A DNA stretch of 64,000 nucleotides from Mayamaea pseudoterrestris (Eukaryota): assembly GCA_027923505.1 (NCBI GenBank), contig BROI01000016.1, positions 62,001-126,000 on the forward strand, read 5' to 3'. The notes beneath the pieces are model-generated. The model was not told where the DNA came from. It saw nothing but the letters and a program-made list of their open reading frames with translations, and did no database searches. A program made the translations under genes and the position numbers. This document shows positions 25,951 to 38,108 of this stretch, one piece after another (position 1 is the stretch's first letter; the number at the start of each line of letters is the position of its first letter).

Positions 25951-28900
25951 AATGTCAACTTGTCACCAGTCTCAGCCCGCAGATGCCATGACATTCAAAT
26001 GCCCCTACAGCAAGCCCTGTAGGTGCCCAAAATACACCAAAATAGTGCCAACATCCTTATTCAGGCTGCGCTACAAGATGGTAGGCTTGGCTGGTGTCTC
26101 AGGGGATGGCAATGTATTTGGTGACAACTTGTCACCAGTCTCAGCCCGCAAACACCAAGACAATCATACACCACTACAGCAAGCCCTGTAGGTGCCCAAA
26201 ATACACCAGAATGGTGCCAACATCATTATTCAGGCTGCGCTACAAGATGGTAGGCTTGGCTGGTGTCTCAGGGGATGGCAATGTATTTAGTGACAACTTG
26301 TCACCAGTCTCAGCCCGCAGATGCTGTGACATTCAAACGCCCCTACAGCAGGCCCTGTAGGTGCCCAAAATACACATGAATGGTACCACCATCATTATTC
26401 AGGCTGCGCTACAAGATGGTAGGCTTGGCTGGTGTCTCAGGGCATGGCAATGTATTTGGTGACAACTTGTCACCAATCTCAGCCCGCAGATGCCGTGACA
26501 TTCAAACCTCCCTACAGCAAGCCCTGTAGGTGCCCAAAATACACCTGAATGGTGCCAACATCATTATTCAGGCTGCACTACAAGATGGTAGGCTTGGCTG
26601 GTGTCTCAGGGGATGGCAATGTATTTAGTGACAACTTGTCACCAGTCTCAGCCCGCAGATGCCGTGACGTTCAAACGCCCCTACAGCAGGCCCTGTAGGT
26701 GCCCAAAATACACCAGAATGGTACCAACATCATTATTCAGGCTGCGCTACAAGATGGTAGGCTTGGCTGGTGTCTCAGGGCATGGCAATGTATTTGGTGA
26801 CAACTTGTCACCAGTCTCAGCCCGCAGATGCCGTGACATTCAAATGCCCCTACAGCAAGCCCTGTAGGTGCCCAAAATACACCAGAATGGTGCCAACATC
26901 TGACAACTTGTCACCAGTCTCAGCCCGCAAAAACCATGACAATCATACAGCACTACAGCAAGCCCTGTAGGTGCCCAAAATACACCAGAATGGTGCCAAC
27001 ATCATTATTCAGGCTGCGCTACAAGATGGTAGGCTTGGCTGGTGTCTCAGGGGATGGCAATGTATTTAGTGACAACTTGTCACCAGTCTCAGCCCGCAGA
27101 TGCTGTGACATTCAAACGCCCCTACAGCAGGCCCTGTAGGTGCCCAAAATACACATGAATGGTACCACCATCATTATTCAGGCTGCGCTACAAGATGGTA
27201 GGCTTGGCTGGTGTCTCAGGGGATGGCAATGTATTTGGTGACAACTTGTCACCAATCTCAGCCCGCAGATGCCGTGACATTCAAACCTCCCTACAGCAAG
27301 CCCTGTAGGTGCCCAAAATACACCTGAATGGTGCCAACATCATTATTCAGGCTGCACTACAAGATGGTAGGCTTGGCTGGTGTCTCAGGGGATGGCAATG
27401 TATTTAGTGACAACTTGTCACCAGTCTCAGCCCGCAGATGCCGTGACGTTCAAACGCCCCTACAGCAGGCCCTGTAGGTGCCCAAAATACACCAGAATGG
27501 TACCAACATCATTATTCAGGCTGCGCTACAAGATGGTAGGCTTGGCTGGTGTCTCAGGGCATGGCAATGTATTTGGTGACAACTTGTCACCAGTCTCAGC
27601 CCGCAGATGCCGTGACATTCAAATGCCCCTACAGCAAGCCCTGTAGGTGCCCAAAATACACCAGAATGGTGCCAACATCATCATTCAGGCTGCGCTACAA
27701 GATGGTAGGCTTGGCTGGTGTCTCAGGGGATGGCAATGTATTTGGTGACAACTTGTCACCAGTCTCAGCCCGCAGATGCCGTGACATTCAAACGCCCCTA
27801 CAGCAAGCCCTGTAGGTGCCCAAAATACACCAGAATGGTGCCAACATCATTATTCAGGCTGCGCTACAAGATGGTAGGCTTGGCTGGTGTCTCAGGGGAT
27901 GGCAATGTATTTGGTGACAACTTGTCACCAATCTCAGCCCGCAGATGCCGTGACATTCAAACGCCCCTACAGCAAGCCCTGTAGGTGCCCAAAATACACC
28001 AGAATGGTGCCAACATCAGTATTCAGGCTGCGCTACAAGATAGTAGGCTTGGCGGGTGTCTCAGGGCATGGCAATGTATTTGGTGACAACTTGTCACCAG
28101 TCTCAGCCCGCAGATGCCGTGACATTCAAATGCCCCTACAGCAAGCCCTGTAGGTGCCCAAAATACACCTGAATGGTGCCAACATCATTATTCAGGCTGC
28201 ACTACAAGATGGTAGGCTTGGCTGGTAGCTCAGGGGATTGCAATGTATTTGGTGACAACTTGTCACCAGTCTCAGTGCCATTCAAATGCCCCTACAGCAA
28301 GCCCTGTAGGTGCCCAAAATACACCAGAATGGTGCCAACATCATTATTCCGGCTGCGCTACAAGATGGTATGCTTGGCTGGTGTCTCAGGGGATGGCAAT
28401 GTATTTGGTGACAACTTGTCACCAGTCTCAGCCCGCAGATGCCGTGACATTCAAATGCCCCTACAGCAAGCCCTGTAGGTGCCCAAAATACACCAGAATG
28501 GTGCCAACATCATTATTCAGGCTGCGCTACAAGATGGTAGGCTTGGCTGGTGTCTCAGGGGATGGCAATGTATTTGGTGACAACTTGTCACCAGTCTCAG
28601 CCCGCAGATGTCGTGACATTCAAACGCCCCTACAGCAAGCCCTGTAGGTGCCCAAAATACACCAGAATGGTGCCAACATCATTATTCAGGTTGCGCTACA
28701 AGATGGTAGGCTTGGCTGGTGTCTCAGGGGATGGCAATGTATTGGTGACAACTTGTCACCAGTCTCAGCCCGCAGATGCCGTGACATTCAAACGCCCCTA
28801 AAGCAAGCCCTGTAGGTGCCCAAAATAGACCAGAATGGTGCCAACATCATTATTCAGGCTGAGCAACAAGATGGTATGCCTGGCTAGTGTCTCAGGGGAC

Positions 28901-29302
28901 GGCAATGATATTGGTGACAACTTGTCACCAGTCTCAGCCCGCAGATGCCGTGACAGTCATACACCCCTACAGCAAGCCCTGTAGGTGCCCAAAATACACC
29001 AGAATGGTGCCAACATCATTAATCAGGCTGCGCTACAAGATGGTAGGCTTGGCTGGTGTCTCAGGGGATGGCAATGTATTTGGTGACAACTTGTCACCAA
29101 TCTCAGCCCGCAGATGCCGTGACATTCAAACGCCCCTACAGCAAGTCCTGTAGGTGCCCAAAATACACCTGAATAGTGCCAACATCAAAATTCAGGCTGC
29201 GCTACAAGATGGTAGGCTTGGCGGGTGTCTCAGGGCATGGCAATGTATTTGGTGACAACTTGTCACCAGTCTCAGCCCGCAGATGCCGTGACATTCAAAC
29301 GC
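25951..29302. repeat. Satellite A, right block (~20 copies)
   Basis: Same 169-bp unit and orientation as the left block. Confidence 0.97.
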
Positions 29303-30806
29303 ACAGAACTTTGGCCATAAATCATTTGAAGCATTCCCACCTTTCATTAAGCTTTTGGTAAGGTCAATCAACCATTACAACCTTGGGGGTCATGCAAATC
29401 CTTTAAGTTTTTGGGAATAGACAAGCTAGCTTCCACATAGCTAAGTATCCCGTATGTCACCACACCACACCTCCAGGTCTGCTGGGCATCCCCATCAATT
29501 ACAAACATTGCCACCATTGGCCAAACTACCAATGAAGCCAACAAACACTGACACAACTGCCAAGCTCAAGTTTTTGGAAAGCTGTGGGAGTAGATGGGTC
29601 AAATTGACCAACAGCGCAGTCTTTGAATCCAAACCAATCAAACTATGGCTTTGACTGTCATTTTAGCCAATGCCACCTTTCAACAAGATTTACGTGAGCA
29701 ACTATGACTCATTCAATGTTGGACAACTCTTGTGTTCCTGGCAAAACAGGAGTAGATATGCTGTATTTAGTGCGACTGTATGTCACACAGCAGCAGCGGC
29801 AGCACCCACAAAACTTTGGCCTTCCCCATCATGTGAAGCATTCCCACCTTTCAAAAAGCTTTTTATAAAGTCAATCATCCACTACAACCTTGGCGGTCAT
29901 GCAAATCCTTCAAGTTTTTGGAGTAGACATGCTAGCTTCCACATAGCTAAGTATCCCGTATGTCGCCACACCACACCACTAGGTCAGCTGGGCATCCCCA
30001 TCAATTACCAACATTGCCACCATTGGCCAAGCTATCAATGAGGCCAACAAAACCAAACAAACCTGACATGCTCAAGTTTTGGGAAAGCTGTGGGAGTAGA
30101 TGGGCCAAATAGAGCAACAGCGCAGTCTTTGAATCCAATCAAACTATGGCTCTGACTGTCATTTTAGCCAATGCCACCTTTCAACAAGATTTACGTGAGC
30201 AACTATGACTCATTCAATGTTGGACAACTCATGTGTTCCTGGCAAAACAGGAGTAGATATGCTGTATTTTGTGCGACTGTATGTCACACAGCAGCAGCGG
30301 CAGCACCCACAAAACTTTGACCATCCCCATCATGTGAAGCATTCCCACCTTTCAAAAAGCTTTTTATATAGTCAATCATCCACTCCAACCTTGGCGATCA
30401 TGCAAATCCTTCAAGATTTGGGAGTAGACATGCTTGCTTTCACATAGCTAAGTATCCCGTATGTCGCCACACCACACCACCAGGTCCGCTGGGCATCCCC
30501 ATCAATTACCAACATTGCCACCATCGTCCAAGCTATCCATGAGGCCTACAAAGACAAACAAACCTGGCAAGCTCAAGTTTTGGGAAAGCTGTGGGAGTAG
30601 ATGGGCCAAATATAACAACAGCGCAGTCTATGAATCCGAACCAATCAATCTATGGCTGTGATTGTCTTTTTAGCCATTGCCACTGGTAAACATGAGATAC
30701 TATGACTCATTCAATGTTGGACACCTCATGTGTTCCTGGCAAAACAGGAGTAGATACCCTGTATTCCATGCGACTGTATATCACGCAGCAGCAGCGGCAG
30801 CACCCA
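29303..30806. repeat. Repeat C, ~501-507-bp unit, ~3 diverged copies
   Basis: GAAGCATTCCCACCTTTCA at 29328, 29835 and 30336. Confidence 0.9.
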
Positions 30807-31703
30807 GGCAGGACAGCAGTGGCTTGTTTGACTGATCAATGATGCACTGAAGCCTCCTTCAGCAAGTGGTGGGAGCCTGGTTGGTGTTTGGCAGTCAACT
30901 GGTGTGTTTGTGTAAAAACTGTCTCTGGAGCATTGGCCAGAGCTTGCCCAGAGCTAGGTGCCTGAAATCCATTCTTGGGATGTAGAACTTTGCTTACATA
31001 TATGTTTGGGTTTCTGCGCATGAATGGATCATTCCAAGTGCTTGGGGGTGTCAGAGCAAGTGGCATATAGCAGGAACAATTACTAGGCCCATCATTTTAT
31101 GGTTCATAAAACAAAGAAATGGAGACGATACTGTGCGATGGCGCCCTTCCACAACCATGGCAGGACAGCATTGGCTTGTTTGACTGATCAATGATGCACT
31201 GAAGCCTCCTTCAGCAAGTGGTGGGAGCCTGGTTGGTGTTTAGCAGTCAACTGGTGTGTTTGTGTTCAAACTCTCTCTGGAGCATTGGCCAGAGCTTGGT
31301 GCCTGAAATCCATTCTTGGAGTGTAGAACAGTCACTAACATTTATATTTTGGGTTTCTGCGCAAGAATGGATCATTCCAAGTGCTTGTGGGTGCTAGAGC
31401 AAGTGGCATATAGCAGGAACAATGGCTAGGCCCATCATTTTATGGTTCATAAAACAAAGAAATGGAGACTATACTGTGTCATGGCGCCCTTCCACTACCA
31501 TGGCAGGTCAGCAGTGGCTTGTTTGACTGATCAATGATGCACTGAAGCCTCCATCAGCAAGTGGTGGGAGCCTGATTGGTGTTTGGCAGTCAACTAAAGT
31601 GTTTGTTTTCACACAGTCTCTGAAGCATTGGCCAGAGCTTGGCCACAGCTTGGTGCCCCAAATCCATTATTGGCATGTAGAACAGTCACTTACATATATG
31701 TTG
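30807..31703. repeat. Repeat D, ~343-352-bp unit, ~2.6 copies (resumes at 32468-32600)
   Basis: GGCAGGWCAGCAKTGGCTTGTTTGACTGATCAATGATGCACTGAAGCCTCC at ~30807, 31159 and 31502. Confidence 0.9.
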
Positions 31704-32467
31704 AGCACTGTCTGGAGGCCTACACCATCTGCAAAATGGGTGTGGCCAACACCCCAAATTATGGAATCATACCACTACAATGCCCCGTCCCCTGATCACC
31801 CAACAACCCAATGAGTCATGCAAAACATGTCCAGGGTGTGCCATTGACCTGAGGATGGTCTGACATGGTACAAAACGGACTGCCTGGAGGCCTACAGCAT
31901 GGAATGGTCTACAAGATGGGTGTGGCCAACACCCCAAATTATGGAATCATACCACTACAATGCCCCATGCCCTGGCCACCCAACAGCCCAATGAGTCAGG
32001 CAAAACATGTCCTGGGTGTGCCATTGACATGAGGATGGGCTGAAATGGTGCAAAACGGACTGCCTGGAGGCCTACACCATCTGCAAAATGGGTGTGGCCA
32101 ACACCCCAAATTATGGAATCATACCACTACAATGCCCCGTCCCCTGATCACCCAACAACCCAATGAGTCATGCAAAACATGTCCAGGGTGTGCCATTGAC
32201 ATGAGGATGGTCTGACATGGTACAAAACGGACTGCCTGGAGGCCTACAGCATGGAATGGTCTACAAGATGGGTGTGGCCAACACCCCAAATTATGGAATC
32301 ATACCACTACAATGCCCCATGCCCTGGCCCCCCAACAACCCAATGAGTCAGGCAAAACATGTCCAGGGTGTGCCATTGACATGAGGATGGGCTGAAATGG
32401 TGCAAAACGGACTGCCTGGAGGCCTACACCATCTGCAAAATGGGTGTGGCCAACACCCCAAATTATG
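31704..32467. repeat. Satellite B' (inverted, diverged relative of B), alternating 172/180-bp monomers forming a 352-bp dimer
   Basis: CCAATGAGTCAGGCAAAACATGTCCAGGG is the reverse complement of B. CCTACA anchors lie at 31719, 31891, 32071, 32243 and 32423. Confidence 0.9.
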
Positions 32468-32600
32468 TAGGCCCATCATTTTATGGTTCATAAAACAAAG
32501 AAATGGAGACTATACTGTGTCATGGCGCCCTTCCACTACCATGGCAGGACAGCATTGGCCTGTTTGACTGATCAATAATGCATTGACTGTGAAGCCTTCT
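32468..32600. repeat. Terminal fragment of repeat D
   Basis: TAGGCCCATCATTTTATGGTTCATAAAACAAAGAAATGGAGAC also occurs at ~31084 and ~31427. Confidence 0.85.
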
Positions 32601-32806
32601 TAGATAGGCACGTGACGCGAATCCAACTGTTGCCCTGCCGGCGCGAGACTCGCTCCCTCCAACGACTGCCTGGATCGATTCATGTTCATGCACTGTACCA
32701 CGAGGCAAAGCAGTGAATGAAAGATACATAGCCAAAAGACACTGTATAGTTGAAAGGTGAAAATAGCGCATCTACTGCATTGCCAGCAGAAAGTTCAAAG
32801 GAAAGT

Positions 32807-32907
32807 ATGCGTCTCTATCAAGCATCCGCTTGCTTGCTTTTCGCCTCGCAGCTGCAGTCCACGGCATGCTCGTCGGACGTTCAGTCCACCATTGTTTCGG
32901 CGACTGG

Positions 32908-32943
<36 letters not shown>

Positions 32944-35900
32944 AGAAGCATCGTCGGTCTACGAGTCGCTAAAGGAAGCAAAGAAGAATGTCTCGTCGTC
33001 GGCATCAGCAGCAGCAGCATCAGCAGCAGCAGCAGCATCGAGCATTGATCATGGAAAGGCAATGATTGATTGGATTCGAGCGCATGGAGGCTTTGTCCAC
33101 GAGAGTCTTTACATTGGTCCCATTACTTCAGACGATAGTTTGAGTAGCATTGGGGAAGGCAAGGTGGAGCATTCATATAACAATACTCCCTACGGCTTGT
33201 TTACTCGCGACACTCTCCCTGTAGGCACGACGATTCTCCAAATTCCATACGAATTGACGATTCACACGCATGCCGACAAGGACTTTGATCAATGCGAAAC
33301 GGCGCGCAAATTGCACAAGGAGCTAATCAAAGGAGCCGATTCCTTTTATGCTCCATACGTACAATACTTGAGTGAGACGCAAACCAAAGGGCAAGTGCCG
33401 ACGCTTTGGAGCGCTGCCGGCAATCAGCTATTGAAGGATTTGCTGCGGCACAATGACAACGACGAAACGATTGCGCTGCCGCCCTACGACGTTTCTTCGT
33501 GGGAATACTTGGATGTTTGTCAAGCTTCACCGGAGGAAGAGTTCGCCTTGGAGCTATTGCGCTACCGCGGCTGGGACGAAGTCTTGGTTCCAGTCTACGA
33601 CATGATGTCGCACTCCAACGATCCAAATGTAATGAACACGGCATCGTCCAAGATTATGCGCAACCTTGACAAGGAGCCCATTGTTGTCAAGACAGTGTTG
33701 GAGGTGTCTGCAAAGTCGCAACTCTATTGCTCCTACAATGACTATACTGGCTCGCAAAACCTGAATGAATGGTATGGTACGCCTGGTTTGCTCATTGATT
33801 TTGGTTTTGTTGAATCGCTGCCACAAAGATGGTTCTTTGACCAGGATCGCTGGAATGCGGAAGGATTTTTGGACGAGGACAATTATTTCGAGGAACATGC
33901 GGCCATTAACTTTGAGCTGTCCAAATCGACCGTCAATGGAGAAGTGGTCGTCACGTGGATGCACGAGGATTTGCGGGAGATTGACGTGCTGTTTGCTCGC
34001 GAAGCACTGGAACATTTGAAGAGTTTTGGCTCCATGCGTCTGCAGAGTCGTCCCGAAGGAGTCTTGGAGCGAGAGTTCAACATGATCAAGGAGTACGGAG
34101 CGGCCATGCAATTTGCTCTCGAAACGGCATTGTATCAACACTTTTACGACCCGTTGCTCTTTGGCTCAGCCGATACATACAGCAATATCAATGAAGAGCT
34201 ATATTCGGAGGATCGGCACTACACTTGCGATCACATTCAGTCGCATTCATTCCACGGGCATGAAACGCTTGAAAAGGTTGTTTCACACTATCAGCGACTC
34301 GAATTTGATGTGCATCCAGAGACGCGCGAAACATGCTTTTGGCTCGACATGTACGTTCAGCAGTGCACTTCGTATCGGCCGCATTATCATGAGGTTGCCA
34401 TTCACTACACGGCTCGATATTTGGATAAGGTGCAGCGAATCGCGTGGATTGGTGGCGGCGACTCCATGCTTCTGCATGATGCGTTAAAATATCCGACACT
34501 GGAACTGGCGCTCGGATTGGAGCTGGATCAAAAGGTAACACGCTACAATTACAAGTACATGGGATCGCAGCCACACTATGATAACGACAAGGTGCAATGG
34601 TGGTATGGCGACGCGACAAAGAGTTTGTTGATGCTTCCTGAGTCATACTTTGGTAGTTTTGACATGGTAGTGATTGACTTGTCAGACACGGCCATGCAGC
34701 TTTCGGTGACTTCGGACTTGAGCATCTTTGCAGCACTCTCCTTGCTGCTTCGACCCGGTGGAATCATGGTAAAGAATGAGGAGTACTTGGAGCAATTCTC
34801 GCGCGTCTTTGACTACACTCTGCAGGCGCACTTTTACGATGTTCCCATAGTTTGCTCGCAATCGTTTATTCTTGGCAGCTACGGTACGGATTTTTTGGCG
34901 ACGAAACCCAAGGACCATGAGCCGTCGGATCTTATGTTTGTCAATCAGCGTCCAGACATTCAAAGCGATTTTGGTATTTGGCATGATTATCGACGCAATA
35001 TTACGCGAACAAATGCCCATTGTCGCGACGACGGTGAGGATGCGACTGCCTCACCAGTGGAGCAAACAACTAGCCCTGGTATTCTCATGGTTGTTGAAGC
35101 CGAAAATGTTACAGCCAACCTTGCGTCAACCATGGCTGTAAAAGAGCTTCTAGTGACGGCGCTTGAGCGCGACGCAAAAATGATAGTGACGGATGCTGTT
35201 GTTCAAGAAGGCTCGGGCGTTATTGGATTGGCGCTTAGAACTGGTTATGTCATCGCCCGAATGTATCCAAAGTACAATTACTGTGCGCTCGACATCCACT
35301 TCTGGAGTAGCTTTGAGTTACAAGAGAGCGTCAAGAAGGTGTTGATTGATGCTCTTGGAGGCGGCATTGTACCGAAGTCCGTCTCTTCCTATCGCATTGT
35401 GGCTGGCGGTATGTTCGGCGTCGATACTTGGAAGGATGACGCAAAGAAGCAAGGTCCGCGCAAGGTGCACGACTGCCAGCGCCAGCAAGAGTCTTTGCGT
35501 GGCCCCTTTACAGATCAGCATAATGTTGATTTGATTATGAAGGAAATGTTGTCGTCGCTGGTGAGCAACGAAGCCAAAAATATGGACGTATTGGTTGTGT
35601 GTGGAGCTGCTGGAGCAGACTGCAAAACTGCCAATACTTTAAAAACGATTTCCACTGTTGGGCAAGTACATGAATTGCGAGCTTGCGATAGCCTCGGTGA
35701 TTACATGAGTATGGAAATTTGCGAGATGCAAACGTTTACGTCATTAGACAAGTTTGCCAAGGCGTCTGTCGAATTCGAGGGCTTTCGCGCTTTGATAATC
35801 GATCCCGAAGCTCCATTAGAGATTATGCAGATTGTCCTGAACCTATTTAAAACTGGAAATATCTGGAAGTACACGAAACAAGAAGGATTTTTGATTCTTG

Positions 35901-36892
35901 CAAACTCCTTGGACCCAACGCTCTCGGCCCGTCGAGCATTTCTTGATCGCTTCCGGAGGGAAACGACTGATCCTGCGTTCCGAGCAGAAGTTTTGTTCAA
36001 TAGCACTGATAGCAGCATGGAAGCTGGACTTTTCCTATATGGCGTTGCTGATGCAGTTGACAAAGTTACCAAGGTTGTCGCCAAGATTGAAGCGGACACT
36101 GGTCTTGTTTCTGAAATGCGAAACATTGCTGGCGGCATGTTCCGTTATCAGTACGATTTTGATCCGGCTCAAGTTTACAAGCATAGTGACTTTGACATGA
36201 CGGACGTGCTAGCGCAATGGCAATCGCAGCGGCCTACTGGCTTTCAGTCAATATTTCAGTTTGTCAAGCTGACTCCGGAGGAGCAACTGGACGTTCACGA
36301 CAAGGTTATGATATTCTATCCAGCCGACGAACAGTGGTATCCAGGCAAGGTCGTTTGGGTTCATCCTGCGGACGATACCGTTGACGTTCGTTACGACAGT
36401 GGCGATATTGGTAAGGGTGTTTCATCTAGGCTGATTAAGAAGGATGCGAGCGACACTGCCGCGTCCAAGGATGCAAGCAGCAAGAACACTGACATGATTA
36501 CGGCCGAAGGAATCCGTGACGCATTGCAGTTCGCCCTCACCGAAACCAACTTTGAGGGAATGGAGGAAGCCAAAGTGCACCACTATGTTGGCCCCGGAGA
36601 AGGATCGTTGACCATGGCGTTTTGGTCTGGCGGAAATGCCGTGGCACTATGGGACGGCCGTAGTCACATTGATGTTAACTTGTTTACATACACCGAAAGC
36701 GTGACGGTTGCTGATTCTGTTCAAGAATTGTTCAAAAAGCGCATACCTTTTTTGAAGACTGCACTCCGTGACGAGCAGCCCCGCGGATATGGACGCGTAG
36801 TAAACTACATGCGCGACGTGGAAGAATACAAGGACGACGTTCCTGTGTGGGCCTTGCATTTTAGTGATAAGGCAGAAACGTCGATGGAGTAA
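32807..36892 (+). CDS. Multidomain fusion: signal peptide, SET-like methyltransferase, spermidine-synthase-like aminopropyltransferase, AdoMetDC-like repeats, Tudor-like domain (putative long-chain polyamine synthase)
   Basis: LVPVYDMMSHSN...YCSYN (SET-like); RPHYHE, WIGGGDSM, LELDQKV, YGDATK, DMVVIDL (aminopropyltransferase); YCALDIHFW and WDGRSHIDVNLF (AdoMetDC-like); WYPGKV..V....TVDVRYDSGD (Tudor-like). Intronless. Confidence 0.85.
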
Positions 36893-37688
36893 ATTGGCGC
36901 CGTCTATGCCCGCAAGTTAGTTAGAATTGAGTAGATGACGCTATAATCTAAATTACCGTCAAACGTATTACGAAAGATTAACTCGCTTGTAGTGTTGTCG
37001 AAACTTTTAATTAATAGCAAACAAAACAACAGTGTTGGGAACATGCTGGTGCTCGTTTGTTTGGAGAGGGTAGAAAAAAGTTCTGTCCAGAGACATTACG
37101 AAGTCAATGAGGTTCTACAAATGCGTTGCAAATTAAAAGCTGTGACGAAAGAGGGAACGAAATGAAGCCTCGAGGTACAAAAAAAAAAGACGGCGCTCGA
37201 GATGGAAACAGTAGTGTAGCTGCATAAAAGTTGCCGCGAACTGACCACTCCAAAGAATTCATGCAGCGCCCTGGTGTGCTATGCACGTGATAGTACAGTG
37301 ACCAGCCTGTTACCAAAGCGCTCGTTCGAAGCGCCGCATGGTCGTGCTTCGAAAGAACGAAATAGAATGTCAAATGAATGCAAAGGAATCACGCCTTGCG
37401 CTTGGTTCAGAGCGAAATGTTTCGGCGAGCTGATTCCTAAAGTTGCTCATTCCAGAAACCGCAAACACTCTAGGCAGACGGGGCAAATGCATTTGTGTTG
37501 CCACGGTACAAGGTCATGTCACTTGATTGATGTAGCATGTATATGGGCCGACAAGAGTGATCCATGCGGCACGAGCGGAGTGAGCAATCCACAACGCCAT
37601 GGTGATTGTACTCCTTCGTCGGTGCTCGACTCACCATATGTAGATCGCATGACAGCAAATCAACTCTGTACAGTCCAAACTTGCAGAG

Positions 37689-38108
37689 ATGAGTTTGCTC
37701 AGACGGGCCAGGGAAATGGTAGCTTCGTTGCCGACAACATTGTGCGCCCCGGCAGTAAGTCTTGTTGCCAATGATCATGCCATGCATTCCAGTAACCAAG
37801 AAAGGGTTGAACGAGCAGAGCCAGTCGTCAATACCACAACGACCGATGCTGTAATGCCGCAAAGAATATCCAATGGAACACCAAGGCCAATTCTGCCAGC
37901 GCGAGCCCATTATGTCGAGTTTATTTTGGACAGAAGCGACGACGACCGACTTCCAGCGGTAATCGCAGTTAAGGATTCCGTTGATGATTGTAATTGTACG
38001 ATAACGCCACATCCGGACTCTGAGTGCTTCCTGCTGTTCGACTGGCTTGCCTGTAGAGCAACAAACAATAAACCTTCCACCAATCTGCAACCATCATCCT
38101 TGCCATAG
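37689..38108 (+). CDS. Possible short hypothetical protein
   Basis: 139-aa ATG-initiated ORF with no recognised motif. Confidence 0.2.
   Translation: MSLLRRAREMVASLPTTLCAPAVSLVANDHAMHSSNQERVERAEPVVNTTTTDAVMPQRISNGTPRPILPARAHYVEFILDRSDDDRLPAVIAVKDSVDDCNCTITPHPDSECFLLFDWLACRATNNKPSTNLQPSSLP

Noticed and set aside
16352..29361. Dozens of near-identical 88-aa ORFs in satellites A and B
   Set aside because: The 169-bp and 181-bp periods are not multiples of 3 and indels are tolerated freely. These ORFs are by-products of a stop-poor repeat.
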